The notes under the pieces: generated by a model
Databases searched by the model: none
Told to the model about the DNA's origin: nothing
What the model saw: the letters and a program-made list of their open reading frames with translations, nothing else
DNA from: Styela clava
Taxonomy: Eukaryota
Length of the DNA: 64,000 nucleotides
Direction of reading: 5' to 3'
Assembly: GCF_964204865.1 (NCBI RefSeq)
Contig: NC_135252.1
Location: 1,550,001 to 1,614,000, forward strand
Position numbers and translations under genes: made by a program
Shown: positions 1-12,283 of the stretch, one piece after another
Layout: each line of letters opens with the position of its first letter
Position numbering within the stretch: position 1 is the stretch's first letter

Positions 1-716
1 ATAATGATTCCATGTTTTTTGTATTCCTGCGCAAGAGAAACCGACAAGGTATCATCAAAGCGCTTTGTTGCTGCATATGTTGTGAGAATGGGACTGACAA
101 GAGCAGCCGACATAGAAGAGATGTTTATAATCAAACCTTTTTTTCGAACGATCATACTGGGAAGAACAAGTTCCATCATTTTCACTCTGGATGATGCGTT
201 GCAGTGTATCAGATTAGATACTGATTTTGAAAGAGCTTCGCCAGGTTTTTGAGATTTATGAAATACATCTACACCACCTGTAGGCATACCAACGTTATTA
301 ACCATAATTCCTACATCTAAATCTTTCATTGCGTCTGATATTACGTTATATGGATCACCAGAGCCTAGCGAATGATCAAAATTGGTGAAGTCGAACACTA
401 ATATTTTTGTCTCAACTTTGTAAGAGCGTTCAATTTCTTCAGCTACCCTTTTCAATTTTTCCAAATTTCTGCTGATCAGAAATATATTGATTTTCCGCTT
501 TGCAAGCTCGAGTGCTATTGCTTTCCCAATGCCATCCGTGGACCCTGTAACAATCGCCCACTTTCCAAATTTTACCAAATCCTCAGGTGAATCAAAGAAG
601 TGTATGACGCAAAACTTGTACAACTTATTCAAAGCTTCAAATACCATAGCAATCATAGAGATGATTCCGAATACGTAAAAAAATGACCCATCAGTGATAA
701 CATTCTCAAAAGCCAT
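1..716 (-). CDS. Short-chain dehydrogenase/reductase, HSD17B12/HSD17B3/KAR (very-long-chain 3-oxoacyl-CoA reductase)-like, copy 1; 3' end lies outside the window
   Basis: ATG at 716 reads MAFENVITDGSFFYVFGIISMIAMVFEALNKLYKF...KWAIVTGSTDGIGKAIALELAKR...IMVNNVG...INISS...TYAATKRF in an open frame to the window edge. Colinear with, and highly similar to, 2845-3810. No introns in the visible CDS. Confidence 0.92.
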   Translation of the reverse strand, partial: MAFENVITDGSFFYVFGIISMIAMVFEALNKLYKFCVIHFFDSPEDLVKFGKWAIVTGSTDGIGKAIALELAKRKINIFLISRNLEKLKRVAEEIERSYKVETKILVFDFTNFDHSLGSGDPYNVISDAMKDLDVGIMVNNVGMPTGGVDVFHKSQKPGEALSKSVSNLIHCNASSRVKMMELVLPSMIVRKKGLIINISSMSAALVSPILTTYAATKRFDDTLSVSLAQEYKKHGII

Positions 717-2844
717 GTCTGTTTATGCTGTATATTTCTGTAATAATTACAGAATATTATGTCCATTTACTTAATCAACATGATATCAAATTTATCATAT
801 GCTGAATCTAAACTATATTCTTTATACTCGAAAATGCGCCAACTCTGTGTAACTGTGTAAGAAAATCAGGTGAAAATATGATATTGAGAACGAAACACAA
901 ACTTATATGGCTGGATATAAAGCAATCCTGGGTTTAATGGTCAAGAAATGCAGTGCAGATGAGAGTAATATTTCTTCTATTACGATAAAATCATGTTAAC
1001 CTACCATAATTGATTGCATGGAAGGCAAGAAGTATTCTGGGGGGTAACAGATGGCAATAGATGTATGACCGGTAGCGAAAAATCATGAAAATCCAGCAAC
1101 CGGATATGCACAACACTATCTACGATGCAGCAGTAAATTTTTGTTTATCAAGGCCATCGTTGCCAGATCGCAGTGATATAAAGCCAGGTTTAGACACAAA
1201 AGGAAAAATCATCAATTTTCCAAAAGCCCCATGATTTGAAACTCTTGGCACAATGGTAGGTTTGCAATTTTCTAATTTAGAACCAAATGATATAGAACTA
1301 GCTCTTTTTTGCAATTGTCGTGTTCAAAGACTGTGGCGCCAGATTTAATACTATCCTCAATATTGTAACTGGAAACAGAACACTTTCTTAATCTATGTAA
1401 CGTATGCGAAGGTCTTTCTAAACTCAAATAGAACCAGTCATGTCGCTTAATGGCTTCATTAGCACGGATACAGCTTAAATTTTATTGTGAGGAATACTCG
1501 CCTATGCGGTCTTGCTCAATGGTAATGAAGCGCGCAATGGTAAGGACTTTTAGCTGAGAATTTTAAAATCAAAATCCTCATTTCATTTAAAATACCGTTT
1601 TAACACGAATCACTTCCCCTCGTATTCAACTATCAGTCAAATTCCAATATATATAGAACAAAACTAACACAATGACTTTGAGTTTTGTTCATGAAAGAAA
1701 TATGAGCTACATATACTACAGTAAACAGCAACCTTTTGTATTGCTCGGCGAAGCGTCTGAGCGTGATATGAAAACACCCTACATCGCATAGCTGATTGAT
1801 TACCTTAAATGCCTCAAGGTTATTGGCGGTCACGGCTTCTACGCCACCCAAAAAATAATTTGTAATTCCCATATTTGAAATCATCATGCTAATTGCTTTT
1901 AAAGCCCAAGTTGTTTTCACGTCGAAGTAATTTTGGCATTCCAAGCAGACCTAGCTTTTATCAATATATTCTCAATTTAACCACTGGAAGTTCTAATTTC
2001 ATTTGAACAGGCAAACCTACGAACATATTCCAATATTTTCGCACCCCATGTTATCCTAAATTAAGGAAAATCATAATTTTATTCCGACATCAAATAACCG
2101 TTGTATCGGAATCAAAATGTAAAAATAATTTTCCGATTGAACTATCACACAATTGCGCTAAAGTCCAAACACGACATGCTATGATTATTTCAAGTTCTAA
2201 GTATATCTGTATAAATATATATGCGATAAATGCAGCGCTGTAATTACATTGCGTTCCTTAGTACATGCTACGCTACAGGCACATTATTTATTCAAAGTAA
2301 ATATTTAACTTACAATACAACGCTTATCTATTTCACTGGTGAATTGTTTCGAATATTGGAATGCCTCACTTCTGGTATTGTGACCCGACTCTGAACCTAA
2401 CGTACAAAATACACTTATTCAACTCGTTATACATGCAGCTAAGCAAGAAAACCCGAAAGCTTTCAATAATGAACAATACAACGTGCAAAATATTGTCTTC
2501 ATCAAAAACCTACTATCTGATTGTTCAGCACGCAGGCTTTATCATGGCGCAGGAAGCTTGGCCGGAAAGCGTAGTAATTTACTACTCGTTGAATCAAAGA
2601 TTGATTTAGTCTAGAAATTGAAATGACTAATATGTATTAGACTAAGATAGTTAGACTAATATGTATCAGACTAAGATTCGTATTGCAGTTAATAAATGAT
2701 TCCACTCCGAACAAGTTTTGTCTAAACGAGAGGAGAGAGACATTAACGAAACAAGCCACAACAAAGCGAAACAGAAAAATGGTATACTCAAATCGTTCAA
2801 CCGTTTAAATATCCAGCATGAAGCAATCTAAGTTATATTATATT

Positions 2845-3810
2845 CTATGTTCTTAATTTTTCTCCAAGCTCCGTGATCTTTCTGATTATAGCGCGTGACG
2901 TAATATGCTCTGGAACAAGCATGATTAACCATCTTGAAATTGTGTGTGGCCAGTAGCCATTCGTCCAATCGAACTTTCCAATAGTTTTCATCATATGATG
3001 GACGTATGTTGTAGCGGTGGGAAAAAATAAATTTGCAGATGACCCTAAAGGTTCGGTCATATTAGTTTGCACAAATCCTGGTTGAATACTTTGGATAATG
3101 ATGCCATGCTTTCTGTATTCCTGCGCAAGAGAAACCGATAAGGTATCATCAAAGCGCTTTGTTGCAGCATAGGTCGCGAGAATGGGACTGACAAGAGCAG
3201 CCGACATAGAAGAGATGTTAATAATCAAACCTCTTTTTCTGGTGATCATACTGGGAAGAACAAGTTCCATCATTTTAACTCTGGATGATGCGTTGCAGTG
3301 GATCACATTAGATACTGATTTCGATTGATCATCGCCAGATTTTTGAGATTTATGAAATACATTTGCACCTCCTGCAGCCATACCAACGTTATTAACCATA
3401 ATTCCTACATCTAAATCTTTCATGGCTTGAGATATTACGTTATATGGATCACCAGTGCCTGATGAATGATCAAAATTGGTGAAGTCGAACACTAATATCT
3501 TTGTCTCAACATTGTAAGCACGTTCAACTTCGGCTGCAACCTTTGATAATTTTTCCAAATTCCTGCTGATGAGAAAAATATTGATTCCCCGCTTTGCGAG
3601 CTCACGCGCTATCGCTTTCCCAATGCCATCCGTTGATCCTGTAACAATCGCCCATTTTCCAAATTTTACCAAATGCACGGGCGAATCAAAGAAGTGTATG
3701 GCGCAGAACTTGTACAACTTGTTCAAAGCTTCGACTACCAGTGTCATCGTCGTGATGATCCCGAGTATATGTAAAAATAAACTATCAGTTATATCATCGT
3801 TAAAAGCCAT
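2845..3810 (-). CDS. Intronless SDR, HSD17B12/HSD17B3/KAR-like, copy 2 (321 aa)
   Basis: N-terminal hydrophobic anchor, TGSTDGIG Rossmann motif, LISRNLEKL, VNNVG, NISS, catalytic YAATK and C-terminal TNGYWPH, all typical of the HSD17B12 clade. Confidence 0.95.
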   Translation of the reverse strand: MAFNDDITDSLFLHILGIITTMTLVVEALNKLYKFCAIHFFDSPVHLVKFGKWAIVTGSTDGIGKAIARELAKRGINIFLISRNLEKLSKVAAEVERAYNVETKILVFDFTNFDHSSGTGDPYNVISQAMKDLDVGIMVNNVGMAAGGANVFHKSQKSGDDQSKSVSNVIHCNASSRVKMMELVLPSMITRKRGLIINISSMSAALVSPILATYAATKRFDDTLSVSLAQEYRKHGIIIQSIQPGFVQTNMTEPLGSSANLFFPTATTYVHHMMKTIGKFDWTNGYWPHTISRWLIMLVPEHITSRAIIRKITELGEKLRT

Positions 3811-5169
3811 TACTATGTTTATGCTTGAATTTATCTGAAGTCATGAATGCGAAATATTACGTACGTTTGGTAGATCAGTATATATGTAATGAGATTTACC
3901 TTGAGCAAAGACTTTAAACTACATTCTTCACCTTCCCAAATAAGTTAACATATGAAGCAAACGATGCAATAATTTTCCACCTGCAAAATACTACTTACTA
4001 TCAATGAAACTTCTATTTTTTCTTTGTTATTTTCTTATGAAACTACCCTCGATCCAATATACAGTGACTAGATAAATTTAATTGATGTCTCGAGATAAGA
4101 TTGGCTAAAGTGTTGTTAATAAGTGAACGAAATTTGAAATCGCAGAGTGACTTTCTAGTAGCCAGCTTTAATATTATAACGAAAGTTTCTATTTAATTCA
4201 GACTTACGAGGTCGCAATCTGTACTCAACTATTCTTAAAGTAGGAAATTTATACCTGTGGCGCTGCATGAGTTTCAACACTATTCGCAATGTGTTACATT
4301 GTGTTTCTTAGTACATGCTACGCGATAAGCAACTCATTAATTAATACAATGTCAATATTTATTTTTCAACAAAGTTATCATATACTTTACCGACAGGCAT
4401 ATTTTCGGCCCAGCTCTATTCCTAGACAACTATAAAGCTAAAGTATGGTAGACTATAAAGGTATCCCAGTTTATTCAAAGAGTGATACATATCAGCCGCG
4501 TAAAAGAAAAAGCATTTCAGAAAACGGGAAGGGTTCGGAGGTCAACACTCTTGCAGGGCAATTTGTAAGAGCATAGCAAAAAAATCCGGTAGCTTGCAAA
4601 ATAAACAATGAATCCGGTGATCATCGAGTCACAAATATTATAAAGAGAAATTTGTCATGTTTACAGAACAAATACAATGAGACTTCCAAATAATGACATC
4701 AATATATGCAGCAAGTAAGTCATAGTACTGTTTTCAAAGCAAGTTTCATGAATGAAAAAGTATAATAGAATATGCGATATATGTGTCGTTGGAGTATGCA
4801 ATACGTGAGTAAGGTGGTAATAATTCAATTGCGGGTGTCATTAGAACAAAGAAAAAGTGACGCTATTGAATTACCTTGACATAAACATTTCTCGCAACTT
4901 GGTTACAGCCGTCCCATTTGGAGGTGCGCGAAACAAGAGGGAAGGAGAACATTTTTGGGGTAGCCTATGCGAGAACTGGATGCTACTCTTCTTTTTCACA
5001 ATAAAAATATTGTTTTTGACCCATTCATTAAAAATTCAATTCTTACCTGCAATACAAGGTACAAAGCATGCCATGGTCTTTAAAGCAAATCTCAATACCT
5101 GATTGTTATTGTTCAGCACGTCAGGCTTCATCATGTGGATATGCTGGCACTCTTCCAGGAAGCGTAGTG

Positions 5170-5405
5170 GGGGCTCCCGAAGTATGCGAACCAAGATGGC
5201 GGACATCGGAATGTAATATGTGTACTAGGTTAGGGTTAGGCCATAATTTTAGGTATAAATACTACGGGAGGCTCTTGGCTAGTCTTCGAACAGATAATAG
5301 GACTAAAATAAGGAAAATTGAAAAAAAATTATCGCCTAACCCTAACCTGTTACCCATGTTACGTTCCGATGTCCGCCATCTTGGTTCGCATACTTCGGGA
5401 GCACC
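5170..5405. mobile_element. MITE with ~45-bp terminal inverted repeats and internal TTAGGG/CCCTAA motifs
   Basis: Left end ggggctcccgaagtatgcgaaccaagatggcggacatcggaa is the inverted match of the right end. Perfect 8-bp TSD gcgtagtg (5162-5169 and 5406-5413). The paralogous block near 2565 shows the empty site. Confidence 0.9.
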
Positions 5406-5462
5406 GCGTAGTGATTTAATTAAAGGTTGGATCAACGGTTGATGCAGTTGTTTTGTCTATGC

Positions 5463-6693
5463 CAGCGTTTCCCAACCTTTTTTGGTCGCGGACTATTTTC
5501 TCATCGGCGAAAACCTTTACGGACTCAAGGTGCGTTTATTGCAACCGTACTCTGTGCGAAGAAGCAATAAAACCAAACACAACAGAAGTTCAAAATCGGA
5601 AATTCGCCGCAATTACGCGTTCGTTAAAAGAGCCGACTTTTTTAGTGTATAATGGCCTTTACTGTCGCACAATATTCAACACACGATAACGACGAAAATT
5701 CTTTTCATTGTAATTTAATAGTGTTCAACACGCGGCTGTGTCGACTTACGACAAGATAGGAGCATCCGCTTTACATTTCCAGAAGATACAACTTGATTTA
5801 GTACTTATTAAAAATATATTTGAAGTATATTAGTAAATCAAAAATACATATTAATCGCCTTGCTTGTTATTAATTTAATTGTGATCATGTCTATTTGAGG
5901 TTGTGTTAACGAAATAAAGGTATTACATACTACTCAGAAAATATCATGACAATCCGCAGACACAAAAATGCGTGGTAAAGTGCCCAATTATTTTTCTTCT
6001 GATTCGTATTTTTGTCAATTCGACAAATCTGAGCCGTTCGTACAACACTTACGGCACTTTAGTACTGTACGTACCAATGTAGAGGCAGTAAAGCAAAGAA
6101 TCTTGAGGGATAATGCCCTGGTTCTTATAGAACGTAGCACCCGAAATTTTGAGATTTGCATGTCCAAAAAACCGTTTTTAATCGGTCGCGGGCCATCATA
6201 AAACAAAACTTATGGTGTTCTCGTTTTAATTTTAGTATTCTGTATTGCCGCTTTTCAATTTAGAAAAATTGTGGTTGCCACCATTGACATCTACCAGAAA
6301 AAAATATTTATTCTTCGTTGTTTGAATTCGCGAGAAAATCTATAGACGCGTGTGCCGTCGTGTTTTGGTCGGAAATCCGCAAGTGAATTGTGAAATCTAA
6401 TCGTTTGTTTAGGCGACGCGCAAGTGACCCGTCGCGTCAGCTGTTACTAAAGATTCCAATTGTAAATTGCTATTCTAATAGTTGAATATTCAATTATATG
6501 CCCAGCCCTACTTAGTAACCAGTAATTATTGACTCGATTAATGTTATGTGAATAAACTTGCTTTTTATGTTTTGTGTAAATTCTAACGTAAATCGTAACT
6601 TGGCTGATAGTTAATTTCTGGCACGTGCGGGCGGACTCATTCAAACGCTCCACGGACTCATTTGAGACCGCGGACTCGGGTTGGGAAACACTG
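5463..6693. mobile_element. Non-autonomous hAT (Charlie-like) element
   Basis: TIRs cagcgtttcccaacc ... ggttgggaaacactg; perfect 8-bp TSD gtctatgc; no transposase ORF. Confidence 0.9.
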
Positions 6694-6930
6694 GTCTATG
6701 CAAATAGTCGTCCCTACAACACCACGGAAAAAAGCACGGCTTCTAAAGCATAGGATATAAAGACATATATACTTGTTACAGCCGACATGAACATCAATCA
6801 GGCGCATTCCATAATACTACATTCACATATAAAATACAAAACTGCGGTTATATGCAAAATGTCGATGTATTATTGAAAATTTAAAAATCTTTCTATCGCA
6901 AACGATCTGCCTTGATTGTTTGCTCTGGAA

Positions 6931-7386
6931 TAGGGGTCTCAAACTCAATTTACCTGGGGGCCGCCGAGACGGAGCTTTAGTGAGTCCGGGCCGCATCCGT
7001 TTAAACTTAAAAAGTTAAATATTTTTTACTGTTTTTCTATACGCAAAACATGTTAAAAACATAAATGTAAGTAATTTCGCGATGGACCTTTCCCCGATCA
7101 TCTACTTCCTTGTTTATTCCGCAACATGAGCTAATCAGCAAGACGCAACAAGTGACGTAACAATAGACTTTTTCGCAAATGCTCAGATACTTGTCACTCA
7201 GAAATATTTTCAGGCGTGTTTATAAACATTACCCCGTTTTTGCATGCTATTTGTTAGTTTAGGGTTGTGTTTCAGAAATTCAAGTATGGATCAAAGAACT
7301 CAATGATCATTCTGATTGCTTGGGCGTCGTAGCTTAATTGCCGTAATCAAAAATTAGGCCCGCGGGCCGCGAGTTTGAGACCCCTG
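6931..7386. mobile_element. hAT MITE
   Basis: TIRs taggggtctcaaactc ... gagtttgagacccctg; perfect 8-bp TSD ctctggaa. Confidence 0.9.
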
Positions 7387-10011
7387 CTCTGGAACGTCTT
7401 GGTGCGATTTTCCATAAGGAAATGAGACATAAGGGAAATTAGGCTTCAATCAATTCTCGGATCTCGCACTTTGGGGTCTATGTGATTCGTCTTCACTTCG
7501 GAATTGTTTGTGATTACCTCTCCAAAATTAATAAAAATTATTTGTAGCGGTTCTGCAACCTCTCTCGTGCAACGCGAAAGTCGAAAGTTTTTGGCCGTAC
7601 CGTACACTAGAGCAGCTGGGGTCGGTACTGTTTCTCTCTGGCTTTCGTTGCGATATATTTGAGTGTCGCTGTCTTTTTTTTATCTAAGTAACAACAAATC
7701 TAGGAATTATTATATTTTTCTATTTCTGGACATTTTTGTCATAGAACCGTACAAAAAATGGAAGGATAATTTTATCTATCAATAGTGTTTTGTCTATCAG
7801 TAATGTTCTTAAATTCAACTTACCATCCAATCTACTTGAATGGTTAGAGTACATCTCTAACTACAATTTCGAATTTCATGCAACTCAACATTTTATTTAT
7901 AACGCCGTGTCACATTTATCATATTTTTAAATAAATATTCATTTATCATTCCATGAAGATTTAGTGATTTTAAGATGCGATAAGATATAGACATTATGGA
8001 ATTTTATTTTTTGCAGCTATAGCGAAACCTGATTATGAATGTCATTTCCACACTTTTTGTTATTGACTGCAATCTTTGTTGATGTGCAACGTAATTGATC
8101 AGTCACCTTGGCAATATTCAGGAGAAAAGAAAGATTTGAACAAATAGGTTGTTTTTATCATAGTAAGGGAATGTGAAGGTTTGGAAACTTCTTTCTTTTG
8201 CATCTTTTGAGCCATATAGCATTCATTTGACATTAAGAAGGGCGTACATGTAAGTTTTATTCAGCGACTAAGAAATTCTGAGCGACACACATTTTACCAC
8301 CAAAATGCTTTAAAAATACGTTTGTCAAGTGTCCCACTGCACCTCACTAGTGGGGCACATTTAGACACACCCTAGTGCACAATGAGTATTCTATTAAATT
8401 CAACCATATATGCCGTTAAAAATTAGCAAGCAATCAGAACCATCATCTAAAGAAGTCTGGGACTTCAAATTTGGAGATTTAATATTTTTGAAATCGATTT
8501 TTAACCAAAAATTTCAAGTCTCTCTCTAAATAATTCTAATTCCTAAAAAAAAAAATTTCCGCATTGACAACCAAAAACCTCTTTGGCGACATACGTATCT
8601 AAAGAGCCTGCCATTGTGAACTCGGTGAATATTTTTATACTTAAATCGTTTCGTTCAATTGAAAATAAGTTTCAAAACGGACAGTGGTTTGTCCTGTTGA
8701 AAAAAGAAAAGATTGAGATGACGACATTTTAGTTTCAAAACGAATTCCATTTCATAGTTGCGTCGCTCTGCACGGCCGCTGCCAGTTTGCGGGAACGTCG
8801 TACCTCACCAAAATACGGCGTCGAACATCAACACGCATCCTGATTCCGAATAGAGTATGAGTGCTGATTTTCCACTGTGTTCCACGTATCACGTAACCTA
8901 ATAAGTTGGACAAAAATAAAACATTTTGCTGCTCCTTTTAGCGACAGTAGCTTGGCTTTTCCAATTGCCAGCGATTTTTTCATAATTTCACTGAGCGTGA
9001 GCTCGAAATTTGTTTTCAAATTATAAGACTTGGAACTCGTAAAATATTTATAAAATATTAAGCAAGTGGGTCCATTTTTTATTTGACAAAAAATGCTTTC
9101 AATACAAATTTTCAAATGTTTTAGGGCTGCCTAATTTCATCGTCAAGCTCCACTATTGTCGACCCAGACATAACAGAACAAAACATGTTTCTGTCGCATC
9201 AAGCTTATAACACGCTTCTTAAAGCGTGATTTTGATGTAACATTGCGTTGCGATAGTACACCACACAAGATGATTTCAATCTGAAATATACTCAGCCTAA
9301 GGTTTACTCTTAAATTTTATTGTGAACAGCTGTTTGAGATTTCGTGGTAAGGTTTCTCGTGAGCCACATGCTTTGTACATCGCTGTTCCTAACGAAGGCA
9401 ATATTTGAAAGAAAGAAAAAAACACTCCAACTCTGAAGTAACACTTGATTACAGAAGCGACATGGGGTGGGATTCCTACACCCTTCCCTCTCTGTACGAG
9501 GTTAATTTTCATATTTAGAAATATTGATTAAAACAAAGGCCATTAAGATTTTTGCTAACAGGGACCAATGTTTAGTTTTGCGTGTCTAAATGGCAGGATA
9601 GCCAACATGTTATCCAGTCTGGATACCTTTCATTTCGATTCGCACACATTCTTAGCTAGACTTAATTAACGCGTTTTGCTGTTTGTTTGCAACTGAAAAT
9701 AAAGCGTTTTATCCGTTATAAGTGATTAATTACACATTGATTAAGCAGAATGTTGTGTTCACACCAGACGCCTTAAACGCATCGTATCTAAGTAATCCCC
9801 AATGATGATCGCCCACACGATAGCAATATAAGCATAGATGTTTTGAAGCTACTTAAAATGTACGTTTTGTAGTATGAATTCAACTATCTTAGACTCGATG
9901 AATTTCTTGGCACAATTATATCTCTTGTCAACGTCAGTAGAAATTTCATAAGTATTTTTATTGGATTTGTTGCAGCCCACTGTCTAAAGTCGGTGACGAC
10001 GTCTTGTTTTG

Positions 10012-10925
10012 TCATTCTCCAAAAGCCTTGAACGTACGTCTCAAACTTCGTGCCAAATTCCCTTCCGGCAAACTTGTATAAAACCAACGAACAATGGCAT
10101 GTACCCAATAGCCTGACGTCACATCTGCCTTTCCCAGAGTTTTCATCATATGTCGGGCAAACGTAGCAGCATTTGGTACCGCCAAAATTGCATTTTTTAT
10201 GACTACTTTTGTTAAATTGGTGAACACAAATCCTGGTTGAATACTCTGAATCACGATTCCATATTTTCGATACTCGTATCGTCAAAACGTTTCGATGCCG
10301 CATAAGTTGAAACAATGGGATGAGGGTGAGACGCCGACATTGACGAGATGTTGACAACCAATCCTCGCTTGCGTGCCACCATCCCAGAGAGAATTATTTC
10401 AGTCATTTTTGCCCTGGAAGACGCCTTGCTATGAATTTGATTGTTTGTTGCAATGGAAAGAGTTTGGTTAGGTCTATGTGATAGATGAAACTCCTTCACA
10501 TCTCCCGCTGGCATTCCAACATTATTCACGAGTATTCCAACATCAAGTTTTTCAAAAGCTTGTGATATGGAATCATATGGTGAAACATTATTGATGGTAT
10601 CAAACCGAATGTAGTTGAACTTCAAAAACTTAGTTTCAACATTATATAATTCCTCAATTTCTCTGGCAACCCTTTTCAATTTTTCTTGATTTTTACTTAT
10701 CAGAAAAATGTTGATTCCCCGATGGGCAAGTTGATCTGCGATTGCTCTTCCGATTCCGTCAGTTGCACCTGTAACAACTGCTCATTTGCCAAGTTTTTTC
10801 GAAATTTATTGGCGAATCTGTAACATACGTTAACAAAAACGTGTATAGTCCATAAAACTTTTAACAGTTAGGTACAGCAAAGAAAGGTATCCAAATGCAT
10901 ACAGGCACCAACTTTTGTTAAACAT
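10012..10925 (-). pseudogene. Divergent HSD17B12-like SDR pseudogene (copy 3)
   Basis: Homologous motifs (GK*AVVTGATDGIG, ILVNNVG, NISS, YAASK, IQPGFV, SGYWVH) are present but broken. Lesions: frameshifts near 10860 and 10795, TGG>TGA stop at 10782-10784, and a frameshifting deletion after DDT near 10275. Confidence 0.9.
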
Positions 10926-12139
10926 GGATTCATAATTTACATACATAACAGTAATATATAATACTCAGCTATACAAGCCAAAGCAAATGACAGTAGTGAA
11001 TTGCAAAGAAAAATTTCATATTTAAATTGGGCCCGTTACATATCATTTATTTCAAGACTAGGAGGAAAGTTTATACATTTTTTAGAAAAACCACACATGT
11101 TATTTGATACAAAGTCAAGTGATTTTCTCAAACCTGATCAACTTCTACCGAAGTTTAACCCTCGGTGAATAAGCTAGGGTGTTTTCAGCGGTGACTATAC
11201 CATATTGATATACAGGTGTTTTGTGGGTTTGTTTCTGAGGAAAATATGTTATGGTTTTGGTCGTCCAATGTTAACGTTGTCCTCTCAATCTCAAACAAAT
11301 ACATTAACACGAGAAGTTTAGTTTCGACCAATGATACATATGCCTTTCAATGGATAGAAGCGACCAGAATGTATTGAACTAGAATACATGTATTTGTATT
11401 ACAATCGAATTGATTAATAATAATAATTGCTGCTGCTCAATTTGTCTTAAATCAATTAACGTATGGAATCACTGCGATTAACAACAACTCTTGCGCAAAA
11501 CCGCTAGAGAAGATAGTCAAGTGCTAGAATTTTTGTTAGCAATGTGGTCATACTGGTTAGCAATAGGAAGAGACAAGCGTTAGTGTAGTTCTATCCTGTG
11601 TAGTGGGCCTTACAACAAATACATTCGCCAACAGCCGCCGTCATAGAAGTGCACTTAAAACCTTCATTGCAACGAGGCCTCAATTGAGTTAGATGAAGAT
11701 TAAAAACTGTCTAAAATCCCGGGCTTTATTGCCGCTCACCAATTTTACGCTGAGAATAGCTGGAATGAAACTACTGCATGCTTTGTTACGCTACCAAAAA
11801 CAGTTAGGAAACGCATTGTTAATCAAATGCGTTCATAGCTTGCGAGGCGCACACACGCGACTTTGCAGCGACCTCGAGTGCCCTCGTGAGAGGGTTTGAG
11901 AAAAATCAGGCGGGCCATGATGCGAAATCTCATCTGCCGCAATGACGCACTCCAAAATATCACAGGATTGTAAACATTTTACAGAATGGCCTCACTAAAA
12001 CGACATCACGTTCATAACAGTTACGTCTAGAGATGGCTATATGGTCCCAATCGTCATTGAATTGCTTTCTCTTTAGGGCTTAGATACTCTGTTTTTATGA
12101 TCATAAGACGGTGTCCTATTTCAATTTCCTTTTGAAAAA

Positions 12140-12283
12140 TACCACTAGGGCTTATTTCGGGGTGATGTCTTTTATTTTCATTTATCAAAAACAAAATTAC
12201 AAAGTAGAGAATTACGAGACTATTTTTTGCTATTTACTAGATCTTATTTTAAGGGTAGGTCTTATTTTCGCGGAAACATGGTA
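12140..12283. mobile_element. Pogo/Tigger-like DNA transposon end fragment
   Basis: Repeated tagggcttatttcgggg / ggtcttattttcgcggaaacatggta motifs ending in TA. Only one end is clear. Confidence 0.45.

Noticed and set aside
4-3838. Plus-strand ORFs 4-252, 487-678 and 3569-3838
   Set aside because: They are antisense shadows of the SDR coding sequences.
5226-5348. TTAGGG repeats as an interstitial telomere or fusion site
   Set aside because: Only about two units per side, embedded in a TSD-flanked MITE.
5068-5442. 124-aa ORF
   Set aside because: It runs through a palindromic MITE and has no domain signal.
9884-10357. 157-aa minus-strand ORF
   Set aside because: It is an off-frame overlap with the SDR pseudogene and has no independent features.
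10782-10784. In-frame TGA at a conserved Trp as possible recoding or alternative genetic code
   Set aside because: The same copy has several frameshifts, and other genes here use TGG for Trp and TGA as stop.
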